Below are positions 49,788 through 60,460 of a stretch of DNA of 64,000 nt, piece by piece. A program made the translations under genes and the position numbers. Each line of letters starts with the position of its first letter. The stretch's first letter is position 1. Origin of the DNA: an uncultured Acidobacteriota bacterium (GTDB lineage Bacteria; Acidobacteriota; UBA6911); the NCBI GenBank assembly GCA_963827655.1, contig CAWHCF010000052.1, positions 1-64,000 on the forward strand, written 5' to 3'. The notes under the pieces are model-generated. The model saw only the letters and a list, made by a program, of their open reading frames with translations. It ran no database searches and had not been told where the DNA came from.

Positions 49788-51542
49788 TCAGACCGAAGCC
49801 AGTTCCTCTTCCAGCAGTTGCTTCTGGTAAAGGTCGGCGTAAATCCCTTGCCGCGCCATGAGCGACTCATGTGCGCCGCGTTCCACAATGGCGCCGTCCT
49901 GCAGCACGATGATCTGGTGGGCATTCCTGACTGTAGAGATGCGGTGTGATACCAGGATCGTGGTCCGCTCGCGCATGACCGCGGAGAGCTGGTTCAGAAT
50001 TTTTTCTTCAGTAAGGGTATCGACACTCGACAGGGCATCGTCCAGGACCAGGATCCTGGGCAATACCAGGACCGCACGGCTGATCGTCACCCTCTGCTTT
50101 TGCCCGCCCGAGAGAGTGATTCCCCGCTCTCCAACGACGGTTTGAAATTTCTGCGGAAACTGCTGGATGTCGTCTTCGATCTGGGAGACACGCGCGGCCC
50201 ACTCTACCTCGCGGTCTGGAACTTCAGGCTCGCGTCCGAAGACGATGTTGTCGCGGATAGTCTCCGAAAACAGGAAGCTCTCCTGGGTCGCGTAACCGAT
50301 ATTCTTGCGCAACTCGGACAGCGGCCACTGGCGCACATCTTTGCCGTCGATGAACACGGTGCCGGGAGGAGGATCGAAGAGTCGCGGCAGAAGATTAATC
50401 AAAGTCGATTTGCCGCTCCCGGTGTGACCCACGATCGCAAGGGTTTCTCCCGCGGCAACCTTGAAGCTGATGTTGTGCAAGGCGTAGCCCGACGCGTGGG
50501 GATATTGAAATGACAAATCGCGCACCTCGATCGCCCCCTCAATCTTCTCTGGCGCCGTGGCTCCGGGCGCGTCACGGATGCCGGGCGGCTCTTCCATGAT
50601 TTCCAGGATGCGCGTCATCGAAGCCGAGCCGCGCTGAAATATGTTTATCACCCACCCGACCGCAATCGTGGGCCACGTCAGCAGCGAAAGGTAGCTCATG
50701 AATGCCACAAACTCTCCGAGGGTGAGCCGGCCGGCGACAACTTCCCGCCCCCCCATCCACACGAGAGCGACCGATGACAATCCGATCAGCGCCGACATGA
50801 GAGGATAGAAGATTCCCCAAAGCCGGATCAGAGAGACATTCCTGCGGATATACTCCTGGTTCAGTCTTTCAAATTGGAGTAATTCGGATTCCTCCTGGGC
50901 AAATGCCTTCACGACCCGCACACCTGACAGGTTTTCCTGGACCTTGGCGCTTATCTCCGAGAGCTGCCCCTGGATTTCCTGGAATCGATCGTGAATTCTC
51001 TGGCCCAGTTTCTTCACCGTGACAGAAACGAGTACGAGCGGAAGATAGGCAAGCAGAGTCAGTTTCCAGTTGATGCTGATCAGAATCGCGCTGGCAACGA
51101 ATACGGTCACGATCGTATTCATCGAATACATGATTCCGGGGCCGAGCACCGAACGAACGGCGTTAAGGTCATTGGTCGCCCGCGACATGATGTCGCCGGT
51201 CTTATAGGCCTGAAAAAAAGACAACGGCATCTTTTGTAAGTGGGCGAAAAAATCGTTCCGGATCTCGTATTCGATGTCGCGGCTGGCGCCAATCAGGATC
51301 TTACGCATCCAGAAACGGAAGAAACCCTCAACCAGCGCGATCGCCAGGATCATGCCGGCGTACGGGAGAAGCTTTTCCGGAGCCAGCGACACTCGCAGGC
51401 TATCCACGACGTACTTCAACACCCATGGAGAAGCCATGCCGGCCATCACCGTCAACAGCACCATGAGAAAGCCCACGGCGAGACGGTGGCGATGGCGCGC
51501 CAGGTAGGGCGCGAGGTAGAGCAGACTGTGCCTTCGCTTCAT
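49788..51542 (-). CDS. ABC exporter permease/ATPase (MdlA/YheI-like)
   Basis: GHTGSGKS, LSGGQKQR, LDDALSSVD degenerate site of a heterodimer. Confidence 0.95.
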   Translation of the reverse strand: MKRRHSLLYLAPYLARHRHRLAVGFLMVLLTVMAGMASPWVLKYVVDSLRVSLAPEKLLPYAGMILAIALVEGFFRFWMRKILIGASRDIEYEIRNDFFAHLQKMPLSFFQAYKTGDIMSRATNDLNAVRSVLGPGIMYSMNTIVTVFVASAILISINWKLTLLAYLPLVLVSVTVKKLGQRIHDRFQEIQGQLSEISAKVQENLSGVRVVKAFAQEESELLQFERLNQEYIRRNVSLIRLWGIFYPLMSALIGLSSVALVWMGGREVVAGRLTLGEFVAFMSYLSLLTWPTIAVGWVINIFQRGSASMTRILEIMEEPPGIRDAPGATAPEKIEGAIEVRDLSFQYPHASGYALHNISFKVAAGETLAIVGHTGSGKSTLINLLPRLFDPPPGTVFIDGKDVRQWPLSELRKNIGYATQESFLFSETIRDNIVFGREPEVPDREVEWAARVSQIEDDIQQFPQKFQTVVGERGITLSGGQKQRVTISRAVLVLPRILVLDDALSSVDTLTEEKILNQLSAVMRERTTILVSHRISTVRNAHQIIVLQDGAIVERGAHESLMARQGIYADLYQKQLLEEELASV

Positions 51543-51674
51543 AGATGATTCGGGCATCAAGCCGACCACGTTAGCTGACGTGTTGCCAGAGACTCTGCCC
51601 CGCTTCGCGAGTCAGATTAATCGAGGAGACCGACGACCTTTAAGGCTGCGGTGGGAGGTGGCTTGCGAACCAAA

Positions 51675-52388
51675 TCAATTGAGATATCGCACACCGCGTC
51701 TGTCTTTGTAGGAAACGTGGTCCCCCTGACGCAACTTGAAATCGACCGAATAGCTTGTGAATTGACCGTTGAACTTGGGGTACGACACATGAAATTCGGA
51801 GATCGCGTCGGGAGAAATTACATCGAGGTGCATTCTCACAACTACGGTTTCGAGGAGGGTATTGTCGGCGGAATACAAGCGCACCGTGGCGTCGAGCTTT
51901 TCAACCGGCTCACTGCTGATATTTCGCACCACGCCGCGAATGTGCAAGTCATCGCCTTTTAGTTCATCTCCCAGATACAAGAGAGCAATCTTGTCCGATG
52001 GGAGATCAGCCGCTTTGGTGGCTCGCACCGTCTGAACCATCTTTTCCATCATGCTCTTGGGTAAAAGAAGGAGAACGAAGCCGGTCGCCACGAGGAGCGC
52101 CAGAAGAACCAGCGCCGCTCGAACGGCTCTGACCGCATAAGAAGGGGTGTCCGACAGCAGCTGAAACCAGCTTTCGGGCTTGCCTGAAGGTATCGGTTCG
52201 AGGTCGCGGTCTGAACCGGCTTGTTCATCTTCCCGGTGGAGCGTCACTGATTCGGGGGGAGGTGGCGCCGCACTGCTTTCCCTTCGCTTTCTCCGCTCGC
52301 GAAAAAAGTAAACCAGGGCGGCCACCCACGCCACAACAAGCGCCAGCGCCAGCAGAGAGATTCGAAATGAAGCAGGATCGCTCAACAC
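51675..52388 (-). CDS. Membrane protein with C-terminal FxLYD-like domain
   Basis: Two TM helices; IRGVVRN..EPV...TVRLYSAD. Confidence 0.65.
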   Translation of the reverse strand: MLSDPASFRISLLALALVVAWVAALVYFFRERRKRRESSAAPPPPESVTLHREDEQAGSDRDLEPIPSGKPESWFQLLSDTPSYAVRAVRAALVLLALLVATGFVLLLLPKSMMEKMVQTVRATKAADLPSDKIALLYLGDELKGDDLHIRGVVRNISSEPVEKLDATVRLYSADNTLLETVVVRMHLDVISPDAISEFHVSYPKFNGQFTSYSVDFKLRQGDHVSYKDRRGVRYLN

Positions 52389-52390
52389 AA

Positions 52391-52960
52391 CTATTGGGGT
52401 GGGCCCGTTGGACCAGGCCTTCTCCGTGGATTGACAGGCTGAGGGCTTTTGTCCCAGAAACCCTTCTTGCTTTCGTATTGCGGTTCGTTGCCCAGCAACT
52501 TCATGCTGATTTTACCCAGGATTCTCTTTTCGAAGACTCCTATTGATTCCAGGGGAAGCCATTTCTCCGTGCTGTCGAGATCCCGGTTGAGCCCCTCCAT
52601 CTTGGTCAGAACTGTAACCATAGTCTCGGTGGCGCTTACGATATCAAGCACCACTTCGGCGGAATAGCGCGCCTTCATCCACTGGCCACTGACCGTGTCC
52701 TTCTTGATAGCGACTTTGTCTACTTCTACCGAGGTCAGCGATCCGGTAATGAATTCGACCGGCTTCGTCAATATCTTACCGCCCGCACGGTCCTCCAACT
52801 GAATACTGAAATCCATCTCCTCCAGGACGCCGCGCGCGACCCTCCATACAATGTCAAACTTTGCCACAAATTTTACGGGATCCGGAAGCTCGGTTTTCTG
52901 AGGAAGGGCAGAGAGCGTGGGCGCCAGGAGTAAGGCTAACAAGACCAGCATACTTCGCAT
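52391..52960 (-). CDS. Secreted hypothetical protein
   Basis: AAGGA RBS, signal peptide, operon spacing. Confidence 0.7.
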   Translation of the reverse strand: MRSMLVLLALLLAPTLSALPQKTELPDPVKFVAKFDIVWRVARGVLEEMDFSIQLEDRAGGKILTKPVEFITGSLTSVEVDKVAIKKDTVSGQWMKARYSAEVVLDIVSATETMVTVLTKMEGLNRDLDSTEKWLPLESIGVFEKRILGKISMKLLGNEPQYESKKGFWDKSPQPVNPRRRPGPTGPPQ

Positions 52961-53068
52961 GGCGCATTCCTTGATCAATGAGGCGTACGCGCAGATCGTA
53001 GCATCGGGTCAACCCTAAGTCAAGGAAGGTGCCCGTCGTGCACGCTGGATCGCGCCGCCCAGGCGTGG

Positions 53069-54091
53069 CTAGTGTCTCATCCCTTTTTGATACTGAGCCA
53101 CGGCCCGTGAATGAGACTCGAAGTCCCGCGAGAATTCGTGGGTGCCGTCGTTGCGCGAGACAAAGAAAAGATAATCCGTTCTGGGTGGCGCCAGGGCGGC
53201 CCTTAAGGACTCGGCGCCAGGATTGGCAATTGGCCCGGGCGGCAGGCCCGGATGGATGTAAGTGTTGTACGGCGAATCCATCACGAGGTCTCCCTTTCGA
53301 AGATTGCCGTTGTATTTTCCGGCGAGTTTCAGGGCGTAGATCAGAGTGGGATCGCAGGCCAGCGGCATTCCTTTCTCGAGCCGGTTGGTCAGCACTGACG
53401 CGACCAGGCCGCGTTCGGCCTCCAGGTTGGTCTCCTTCTCCACCATCGAAGCGAGGGTAACGATGGAAGAAACGCTCCCTCCTTGCGTAAGAGGTAACTC
53501 CGCAACCAGCTTGCCCAGGACTTCGCGAAACCGCTCCACCATCGCTCGCAGGATGTGTTCGGAGGTGACGTGCCGCGAGAAGCGGTAGGTTTCGGGAAAG
53601 AGATAGCCCTCGAGATCCCGGGCCTGGGAATCCAGCTCCTGGATCCAATCGGTTCGGCGAAGGGCGTTCTCCATTTCACGAAGATCTCCCAGCCCGCTCC
53701 GGGCGATCCATGCGATGGTTTCCCGCGCCGTCATCCCTTCGGGAATGGTGATGGAGAGAAAGAAAACGTCGCCGCGAATCAGCTTATCGGCAATCTCAAT
53801 CGGGGTAGCGGGAGAGTCGAAGCGATATTCGCCGGCTTGAAGGCGCCGGCCTGCGCCAGTCTGTCGAAGATGGAGAATGAAAGGAAGCCGATGACGGAGA
53901 ATGCCGGCATCCGTCAGCATGGTAGCAATTGCGGCGCTGCTAGCGCCGCGAGGGATATCGACAAAGGCTTCGGGGGCGCCGGCCCCATAATATGGCGTGC
54001 GCAGCTCCGAGCGGATCCACCAGAAGGCGAGCCCTGCCGCTGCAATAGGAACGATAAGACCGATAAGACATCCCAACAACCAGCGTCTCAC
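53069..54091 (-). CDS. mltG: Endolytic transglycosylase MltG
   Basis: LEGYLFPETY, LASMVEKE, SPYNTY..GLPPGPIANPG. Confidence 0.97.
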   Translation of the reverse strand: MRRWLLGCLIGLIVPIAAAGLAFWWIRSELRTPYYGAGAPEAFVDIPRGASSAAIATMLTDAGILRHRLPFILHLRQTGAGRRLQAGEYRFDSPATPIEIADKLIRGDVFFLSITIPEGMTARETIAWIARSGLGDLREMENALRRTDWIQELDSQARDLEGYLFPETYRFSRHVTSEHILRAMVERFREVLGKLVAELPLTQGGSVSSIVTLASMVEKETNLEAERGLVASVLTNRLEKGMPLACDPTLIYALKLAGKYNGNLRKGDLVMDSPYNTYIHPGLPPGPIANPGAESLRAALAPPRTDYLFFVSRNDGTHEFSRDFESHSRAVAQYQKGMRH

Positions 54092-54508
54092 TTAGTTCGC
54101 TCTCAGAAACCTTTCCAGAATAAAGGCCGCTGCGAGGGAATCGACCGTGCGGTACTTCCGCTGTTGTCGGGGACGCATTTCGTTCCACACCTCCTGGGCC
54201 TCGACGGTGGAAAGCCGCTCATCAACACCGCTGAGAGGCAATCCCAGTTCCTGTCGTAAGGCCGCCATAAAGCGCTCGACGCGGTTCGCAGAGTCACCGA
54301 AACTGCCATCCATATTCCGGGGTATCCCGACGACCAGGGACTGAATACGATTCTCTTCAATGACGGTTCTCAGTCTGGCGATGAGGTTTCGGCGACCGGT
54401 GTTTGGAATCGAAGCAAGAGGGCGCACCGTGACGCCCAGTTCGTCACAACACGCCAGCCCCACGTTCTTGGTGCCGTAATCCAGCGCGAGAACCTTTCCG
54501 CAGTGCAC
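54092..54508 (-). CDS. ruvX: RuvX/YqgF nuclease
   Basis: LALDYGTK, VVGIP, DERLST, VDSLAA. Confidence 0.96.
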   Translation of the reverse strand: MHCGKVLALDYGTKNVGLACCDELGVTVRPLASIPNTGRRNLIARLRTVIEENRIQSLVVGIPRNMDGSFGDSANRVERFMAALRQELGLPLSGVDERLSTVEAQEVWNEMRPRQQRKYRTVDSLAAAFILERFLRAN

Positions 54509-54592
54509 TGACTCATTGGAACATATCGGTCACAACCCGTCAAGGCGGGCGCACGCAAGCGCTCCGTCTGATGTTTTTGGTCGGCAAATTGA

Positions 54593-54621
54593 TTGCCGAG
54601 GGTTTAACCCTCCTATATAAT
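54593..54621 (+). promoter_or_regulatory. Sigma70 promoter
   Basis: TTGCCG-17 bp-TATAAT. Confidence 0.65.
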
Positions 54622-54655
54622 TCATCCGGTTTAAATACGGTTAGTGGGAGGAACG

Positions 54656-55913
54656 ATGTTCCACAAAGGCAAACTGGCTGTCTTCCTGGGCTCGGCGCTC
54701 ATTGTTCTCTACGGCGTGTCGGCGGCGTTCTACGGAAAGGTTGTGGCCAAAGATGAGGCTTACCGCGAGCTCACGGTGTTCATGGACGCTCTCCAGAAAA
54801 TTAGCAGTGATTACGTGGAGCCGCCCGATCTAAAGAGACTCCAGGAAGGCGCCATGCGGGGTTTGGTCGAAGCTCTCGATCCTTACAGCAGCTTCCTCTC
54901 CAAGGAACAGGCAGACGCCTTGAAGACCAGGCAGGCGAAGGGCGCCGCGGGAATTGGAGTGGTTCTGTCGAAGAGGGCAGACCTGATCTATGCCGTATCG
55001 GTTCAACACAACGGCCCGGCTGACCAGGCCGGCGTCCGTCCCGGCGATTACGTTGTGGCAGTTGACGGCACCGGTACCGAGGATCAAAGCATTCCGGAAG
55101 TGGAAAGCCTGATGCGCGGGCCTGAAGGCTCCAACGTGAAGATTACGGTGTTCCGGAGCTCCCGCTCCAAGCCTGTGGATATCGAAGTCAGTCGCAAACT
55201 GGATTCGCCTGCGTCGGTTGAGTCGCGTATGCTTGACGGAAATATCGGGCTGCTGGAAGCCTCGTCACTCAGCACAACATCGATCGACCAGATTCGGGTC
55301 AAGCTGAAGACGCTGATTTCGGCCGGCGCTCAGAAGCTGCTTTTGGATCTCCGTGATTGCGCCGAGGGTAAACCCTCAGAAGGCGCTGAGCTGGCAAACT
55401 TCTTCGTTCGCGAAGGCGTACTCTACTACAGCCAGAATCGCCGGGGGGAGAAAGTGGAAGAAGTAAAGGCAAACCCCGAAAAGTTCATTTCCGAACTTCC
55501 ACTGGTCGTCTTGATGAATTACTCGACTGCAGGAGCCGCCGAAGTTGCTATTGGAGCCCTCAAGGACCACAAGCGAGCGGTACTCGTCGGGGACAAATCA
55601 TTTGGAGTAGGTTCCTCTCAGACGCAGATTGCCTTGAAGAGCGGCGCGCTGCCTTATCATATCCCACGCAAAGATCTATACGCCTAATGGCAAGATCATC
55701 CAGGATGAGACGACGCGCAATACGGGCATCAAGCCCGATATTCAGTCTCCCGGTGACGAACGCCATCAAGACCTCCTGGTCGAAGCCTATTACGACGAAC
55801 ACGAAGACTCGGCAAAATACAGAAAGCTGCGCGAAAAGATCAGCCAGGAGCAGTTCCAAACCGCGATCGAGGTATTGAGCAAGGGCCAGGTTCCCGTGAA
55901 GCGTGCCGCGTAG
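54656..55913 (+). CDS. S41/CtpA-like PDZ protein lacking the catalytic dyad, frameshift near 55655
   Basis: ALDPYSSF, PDZ GIGV..GPADQAGVRPGD, LDLR, then YTPNG..IQ..GIKPD in a shifted frame. Confidence 0.88.
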
Positions 55914-55985
55914 TGGCGTTCTCGCATGGCCTCCTTCGTGTTCCGCAGCGTCACCGCGACCAAGCCGAGATTCGGATGAATCGTA

Positions 55986-56015
55986 TTGACACTATTTCGG
56001 CCTTTTTGGTAGTCT
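55986..56015 (+). promoter_or_regulatory. Promoter of tRNA-Val
   Basis: TTGACA-18 bp-TAGTCT with TG extension. Confidence 0.6.
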
Positions 56016-56030
56016 AAGTCCTTATTTTTT

Positions 56031-56105
56031 AGGCGCGTAGCTCAGGGGGAGAGCACTTCCTTGACACGGAAGGGGTCAGCGGTTCAAATCCGCTCGCGCC
56101 TACCA
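56031..56105 (+). tRNA. tRNA-Val(GAC)
   Basis: AGGCGCG/CGCGCCT acceptor stem, CTTCC-TTGACAC-GGAAG, GTTCAAATC, CCA. Confidence 0.97.
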
Positions 56106-56265
56106 AAGACAGCCCGCGCTTCAAGAGCGAGTATTTGGGCAGCAATTCTAATGAACGCCACGCGGCAAATCCAACTTGATCTTCCCACCGCATTCACTTT
56201 TTGATGCTAAGGAATTGAGTGTCGACCGCAGTCTCTGGAACAGAGCAGAGGCCGATTCTTGAACT

Positions 56266-58062
56266 ATGGGACTTAAAATTCGATATGCCGACGGAAAGGT
56301 CGGCGACGTAGTCGATCCGGGCGACGCTCTCGAAATCTACCGCCACAGCGCCTCGCATTTGATGGCTGCTGCGGTGAACAGCCTCTTTCCCGGCACCCAT
56401 CTTGGGATCGGTCCCGCGATCAGCGACGGTTTTTTCTATGACTTTGAGCGAGCGGAGAGCTTTGTCGAGGAAGATCTGAAAAAGATCGAAGAGCGGATGA
56501 AGGCGCTGGTAAGGGAAGACCTCCCCTACGAACCTTCGATCATTTCAAAGTCCGAAGCTATCGACTACTTCTCACGACTGGGAGAACACCTCAAGGTTGA
56601 ACTGATCCAGGAAAAGGCCGGCGAGACTCTGTCCTGCTATCGATTGGGCGATCTGGTTGACTTTTGCACCGGCCCGCACGTCTTCTCGACCGGACGCATT
56701 CATCCCGACTCGTTCCACGTTCTGAGTCTGGCCGGCTCGTACTGGAAGGGAGACGAGCGCAACGAGCGCCTGCAGCGAATCTATGGCACTGCATTCTTGA
56801 CGCCGGAGGATCTGAAGGCCTATCTGACCCAGCTCGAGGAGGCCAAGAAGCGCGACCACCGAAAACTGGGCCGCGAGCTGGATCTCTTCAGCATCTCGGA
56901 TGAAGTCGGAGCCGGACTGATTCTCTGGCACCCCAAGGGAGCCGGCATCCGGTCGATAATCGAAGACTTCCTTCGAAAAGAACTCACCCGCTCCGGCTAC
57001 GACATGGTGATCACCCCCCACATCGCGCGGAACACACTGTGGCGGACTTCCGGGCACTACGACTATTACCGGGAAAACATGTACGTGCTGGACATCGATG
57101 ACGAAGAGTTCGTGCTCAAGCCGATGAACTGCCCGGGGCACATTCAGATTTATCAATCCAGGATGCGGAGTTACCGGGATCTGCCCCTGCGATTCGCCGA
57201 GTTCGGCACCGTCTATCGATACGAGAAGAGCGGCGTCCTCCACGGGATGCTGCGTGTGCGCGGTTTCACGCAAGATGACGCCCATCTGTTCACGACCCGC
57301 GAGCAAGTTTACGACGAGATCTCGGCCTGTCTGGATCTGGTGCTGCTGGTCATGAAAAGCTTCGGCTTCGACAAATACAACGTGGAGCTCTCAGTCCGCG
57401 ACGAGAACAAGAAGGGGAATTACGCCGGGAGCGAAGAGGATTGGCAAATGGCCGAAGCGGCGCTGATGCAGGCGATGCGCGCCAAGAACATGGACTGGAC
57501 CCGGATGGAGGGTGAAGCGGTATTCTATGGGCCGAAAATCGACGTCAAGCTGATCGACGCCATAGGTCGCCCATGGCAATTGTCGACCGTGCAGTTCGAC
57601 TTCACCTTGCCCAAGCGATTCGAACTGGCCTACATCGGCCCCGACGGCCAGCCTCACCAGCCCGTCATGCTCCACCGGGCTCTGCTTGGGTCCGTGGAGC
57701 GTTTCATGGGGGTACTCATCGAACACTATGCCGGCGCGTTTCCGATCTGGCTGGCTCCGGTCCAGGTCGTGCTCATACCCATTTCAGAACGGCATCAAGA
57801 GCACGCGCGCGCGGTCAAGCAAAAGCTTCAGGCCGCCGGACTGCGAGTGAAACTCGACGATCGAAGCGAAAAGATGGGTTATAAGATTCGCGAAGCTCAA
57901 ACTCAGAAGATTCCCTATATGCTGGTGATCGGCGATAAGGAGATCGAATCGGGACAAGTCTCGGTGCGGAATCGCTTCAATGGTGACGAGGGGAGTGAAC
58001 AGCTGGACAGCTTTACCAAAAAGGTTGCGGAATTGGTAGAAACCAGGGCGGTACGGCCCTGA
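56266..58062 (+). CDS. thrS: Threonine--tRNA ligase (short N-terminus)
   Basis: RHSASH, DFCTGPH, RDHRKLG, KPMNCP, RVRGFTQDDAH, FYGPKID. Confidence 0.98.
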   Translation: MGLKIRYADGKVGDVVDPGDALEIYRHSASHLMAAAVNSLFPGTHLGIGPAISDGFFYDFERAESFVEEDLKKIEERMKALVREDLPYEPSIISKSEAIDYFSRLGEHLKVELIQEKAGETLSCYRLGDLVDFCTGPHVFSTGRIHPDSFHVLSLAGSYWKGDERNERLQRIYGTAFLTPEDLKAYLTQLEEAKKRDHRKLGRELDLFSISDEVGAGLILWHPKGAGIRSIIEDFLRKELTRSGYDMVITPHIARNTLWRTSGHYDYYRENMYVLDIDDEEFVLKPMNCPGHIQIYQSRMRSYRDLPLRFAEFGTVYRYEKSGVLHGMLRVRGFTQDDAHLFTTREQVYDEISACLDLVLLVMKSFGFDKYNVELSVRDENKKGNYAGSEEDWQMAEAALMQAMRAKNMDWTRMEGEAVFYGPKIDVKLIDAIGRPWQLSTVQFDFTLPKRFELAYIGPDGQPHQPVMLHRALLGSVERFMGVLIEHYAGAFPIWLAPVQVVLIPISERHQEHARAVKQKLQAAGLRVKLDDRSEKMGYKIREAQTQKIPYMLVIGDKEIESGQVSVRNRFNGDEGSEQLDSFTKKVAELVETRAVRP

Positions 58063-58108
58063 GGCCGGCGCGAATTGCCGGTTGACACGCTTCCAAAGGA
58101 GGTTCCCA

Positions 58109-58663
58109 ATCAAACAAATACGGGTTCGGGTTAACGAAATGATCCGGGCTAAGGAAGTCCGCGTGGTTGACGAGGAAGGGGGACAGGTTGGAATCATGAC
58201 TCCTGAACAGGCCCTGGCGGTGGCCCAGGAGCGCAACCTGGATCTTGTGGAGGTCGCCCCGTCGGCCAATCCCCCGGTTTGCCGGATCATGAATTACGGC
58301 AAATTTCAGTACCAGAAGAGCAAGCGGGCTCACGAAGCGCGCAAGCATCAGAAACAAGTGGTGCTCAAAGAGGTCAAGTTCAGGCCGAAGACCGAGGAGC
58401 ACGATTACCAGTTCAAGAAAAACAATATCGTGCGGTTCCTTGGAGAAGGGAATAAGGCTAAAGCAACCGTCGTGTTCCGCGGGAGAGAAATGACCCACCA
58501 GGAAATCGGTCGCAGGCTGATGGAGCGATTGGTGAACGATCTAAAGGAAATCGCCGAGGTCGAGAGGCCGCCGAAGATGGAGGGTTATAGTCTCGTGACT
58601 ATATTCATGCCCAAGAAGATCGGCACTCACGCCGGGGGCATCGTGACAGGAGAAGTTCAGTGA
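58109..58663 (+). CDS. infC: Translation initiation factor IF-3 (ATC start)
   Basis: [27 protein letters not shown]; GGAGG 6 nt before in-frame ATC. Confidence 0.96.
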   Translation: MKQIRVRVNEMIRAKEVRVVDEEGGQVGIMTPEQALAVAQERNLDLVEVAPSANPPVCRIMNYGKFQYQKSKRAHEARKHQKQVVLKEVKFRPKTEEHDYQFKKNNIVRFLGEGNKAKATVVFRGREMTHQEIGRRLMERLVNDLKEIAEVERPPKMEGYSLVTIFMPKKIGTHAGGIVTGEVQ

Positions 58664-58854
58664 GAAAACGCAAGACGAGCAAGAGTGCGGCCAAGCGGTT
58701 CAAAGTGACTGGCACCGGAAAAATTCTGCGCCGGCACAGTCATGCCCGGCACATATTGACCAAGAAGTCCCGCAGACGGGTTCGAAAGTTGACTTCCGTG
58801 GCACTGGTGAGCCGGGCGGACAAGCCCCGTTTGAAAAAAATGTTAAACATCTAA
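58660..58854 (+). CDS. rpmI: 50S ribosomal protein L35
   Basis: [23 protein letters not shown]. Confidence 0.96.
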   Translation: MRKRKTSKSAAKRFKVTGTGKILRRHSHARHILTKKSRRRVRKLTSVALVSRADKPRLKKMLNI

Positions 58855-58936
58855 TCCTGGTGCAGTCGCATCCTGGGGTCCATGGGAATAACCAGAATGA
58901 GAGGCGAAGCGCATCGGGTGAATCAGAGGTAAAGCA

Positions 58937-59299
58937 ATGCCGAGAGTGAGACGAGGAAACAAGCGGGTCCAGCGGCGAAAGAAGATCCTGAAGCTGGCCA
59001 AGGGATTTCGCCTGACCAAGAGTAAGTTGCACAGGTCGGCAAAGGAGTCGGTAGATCGCGCGCTCAGGTTTGCCTATCGCGACCGGCGCACCAAGAAGCG
59101 CGACTTCCGGCGGCTTTGGGTCATTCGCGTGGCGGCCGCGGCTCGACAAAACAATTTGTCGTACAGCAAATTCATGAGCGGCTTGAAAAAAGCCAGCGTC
59201 GCGATTGACCGCAAGATTCTCGCCGACATAGCGGTCCGAGATCCCGAAACTTTCAGCCGCCTGAGTGAAACCGCCAAAGCGGCGCTGACCGCGGCCTGA
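58937..59299 (+). CDS. rplT: 50S ribosomal protein L20
   Basis: [29 protein letters not shown]. Confidence 0.98.
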   Translation: MPRVRRGNKRVQRRKKILKLAKGFRLTKSKLHRSAKESVDRALRFAYRDRRTKKRDFRRLWVIRVAAAARQNNLSYSKFMSGLKKASVAIDRKILADIAVRDPETFSRLSETAKAALTAA

Positions 59300-59328
59300 C
59301 CGATTGTTGTGACACCCGATTATCAAAC

Positions 59329-59359
59329 CGCCCGGCGCGCTGCGAGGCCGGGCGTTTTT
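59329..59359 (+). terminator. Rho-independent terminator after rplT
   Basis: CGCCCGGC-N10-GCCGGGCG-TTTTT. Confidence 0.75.
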
Positions 59360-59399
59360 GTTCTATTCATCGCGAAGAGAGCCGAAGTTGGAAACCGCC

Positions 59400-60455
59400 A
59401 TGACTGATCCAATTGAAGATCTTCGTCAGGAATTCGAGCAGGAGCTTCAGAACGCGTTCGCGATGGAGACTTCGGCCGATAATCCCGTCTCTGTCCTCGA
59501 GCGTTTGACGAATCTCCGGAACACGTGGCTGGGCCGGGAAAAGGGGAGAGTCACGACGGCGATGAAGCTCCTCAGGGAGATGCCGAAAGAAGAACGGCCG
59601 GCGTTCGGACAGGCGATGAACCAGCTGCGCGAGGATGTGGAACAAAGATTGACCGGCGCGCTGGAAGGGTTGCGCCGCCAGGCAAAGCTGGCCGACATCG
59701 CACGAAGCCGAATCGACGTGACTCGTCCCGGCTTTCCCTTTGCCGTCGGCTTCCGGCATCCCATCAAGCAATTGCAAGCCGAGATCGAGCAGACCTTCGT
59801 CAGCATGGGTTTCAGGGTCTTTGATCTGCCGGAGATCGAAGATGAGTACCATAACTTCGAGGCGCTCAACATGCCGCGCAATCACCCGGCGCGCGATTCT
59901 CAAGACACCTTTTATCTCGATCAGTCAAAGCTGCTGCGCACCCATTGCTCCACGGTTCAAGTCCACGCAATGAAGACCATGAAGCCGCCTATCCGGGCGG
60001 TTACCACCGGCAAGTGCTACCGCAGGGACCCGGCCGACGCCACCCACTCGCCGATGTTTTACCAGCTGGATGTGCTCGCGGTCGATCGGGGAATCACGAT
60101 GGGCGATCTGAAAGGCACGCTTGAGATATTTCTCAGGAAGATCTTCCATCCGGACATCAGAATGAGACTGCGCCCGGGGTTTTTTCCCTTCGTGGAACCA
60201 GGGGCCGAGGTAGACATCAGTTGCATCTTCTGCGACGGCAAAGGCTGTCGGATTTGCAAGCAGAGCGGCTGGATCGAAATTCTGGGAGCCGGCATGGTGC
60301 ACCCCAAGGTCTTGCGCATGTCCGGCGTGGATGACGCGCGCTACAGCGGTTTCGCGTGGGGAATGGGAATCGATCGCGTTGCGATCATCAAGTACGGAGT
60401 GGACGACATCCGTCTTTTCTTCGAGAACGATCTGCGGTTCCTTGCGCAATTCTGA
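59400..60455 (+). CDS. pheS: Phenylalanine--tRNA ligase alpha subunit
   Basis: NFEALN..HPARD.QDTF, FPFVEPG, GFAWGMGIDR. Confidence 0.98.
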   Translation: MTDPIEDLRQEFEQELQNAFAMETSADNPVSVLERLTNLRNTWLGREKGRVTTAMKLLREMPKEERPAFGQAMNQLREDVEQRLTGALEGLRRQAKLADIARSRIDVTRPGFPFAVGFRHPIKQLQAEIEQTFVSMGFRVFDLPEIEDEYHNFEALNMPRNHPARDSQDTFYLDQSKLLRTHCSTVQVHAMKTMKPPIRAVTTGKCYRRDPADATHSPMFYQLDVLAVDRGITMGDLKGTLEIFLRKIFHPDIRMRLRPGFFPFVEPGAEVDISCIFCDGKGCRICKQSGWIEILGAGMVHPKVLRMSGVDDARYSGFAWGMGIDRVAIIKYGVDDIRLFFENDLRFLAQF

Positions 60456-60460
60456 CCCCG

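Noticed and set aside
56106-56265. T-box leader before thrS
   Set aside because: No GGTGGnACCRCG T-box or terminator recognised
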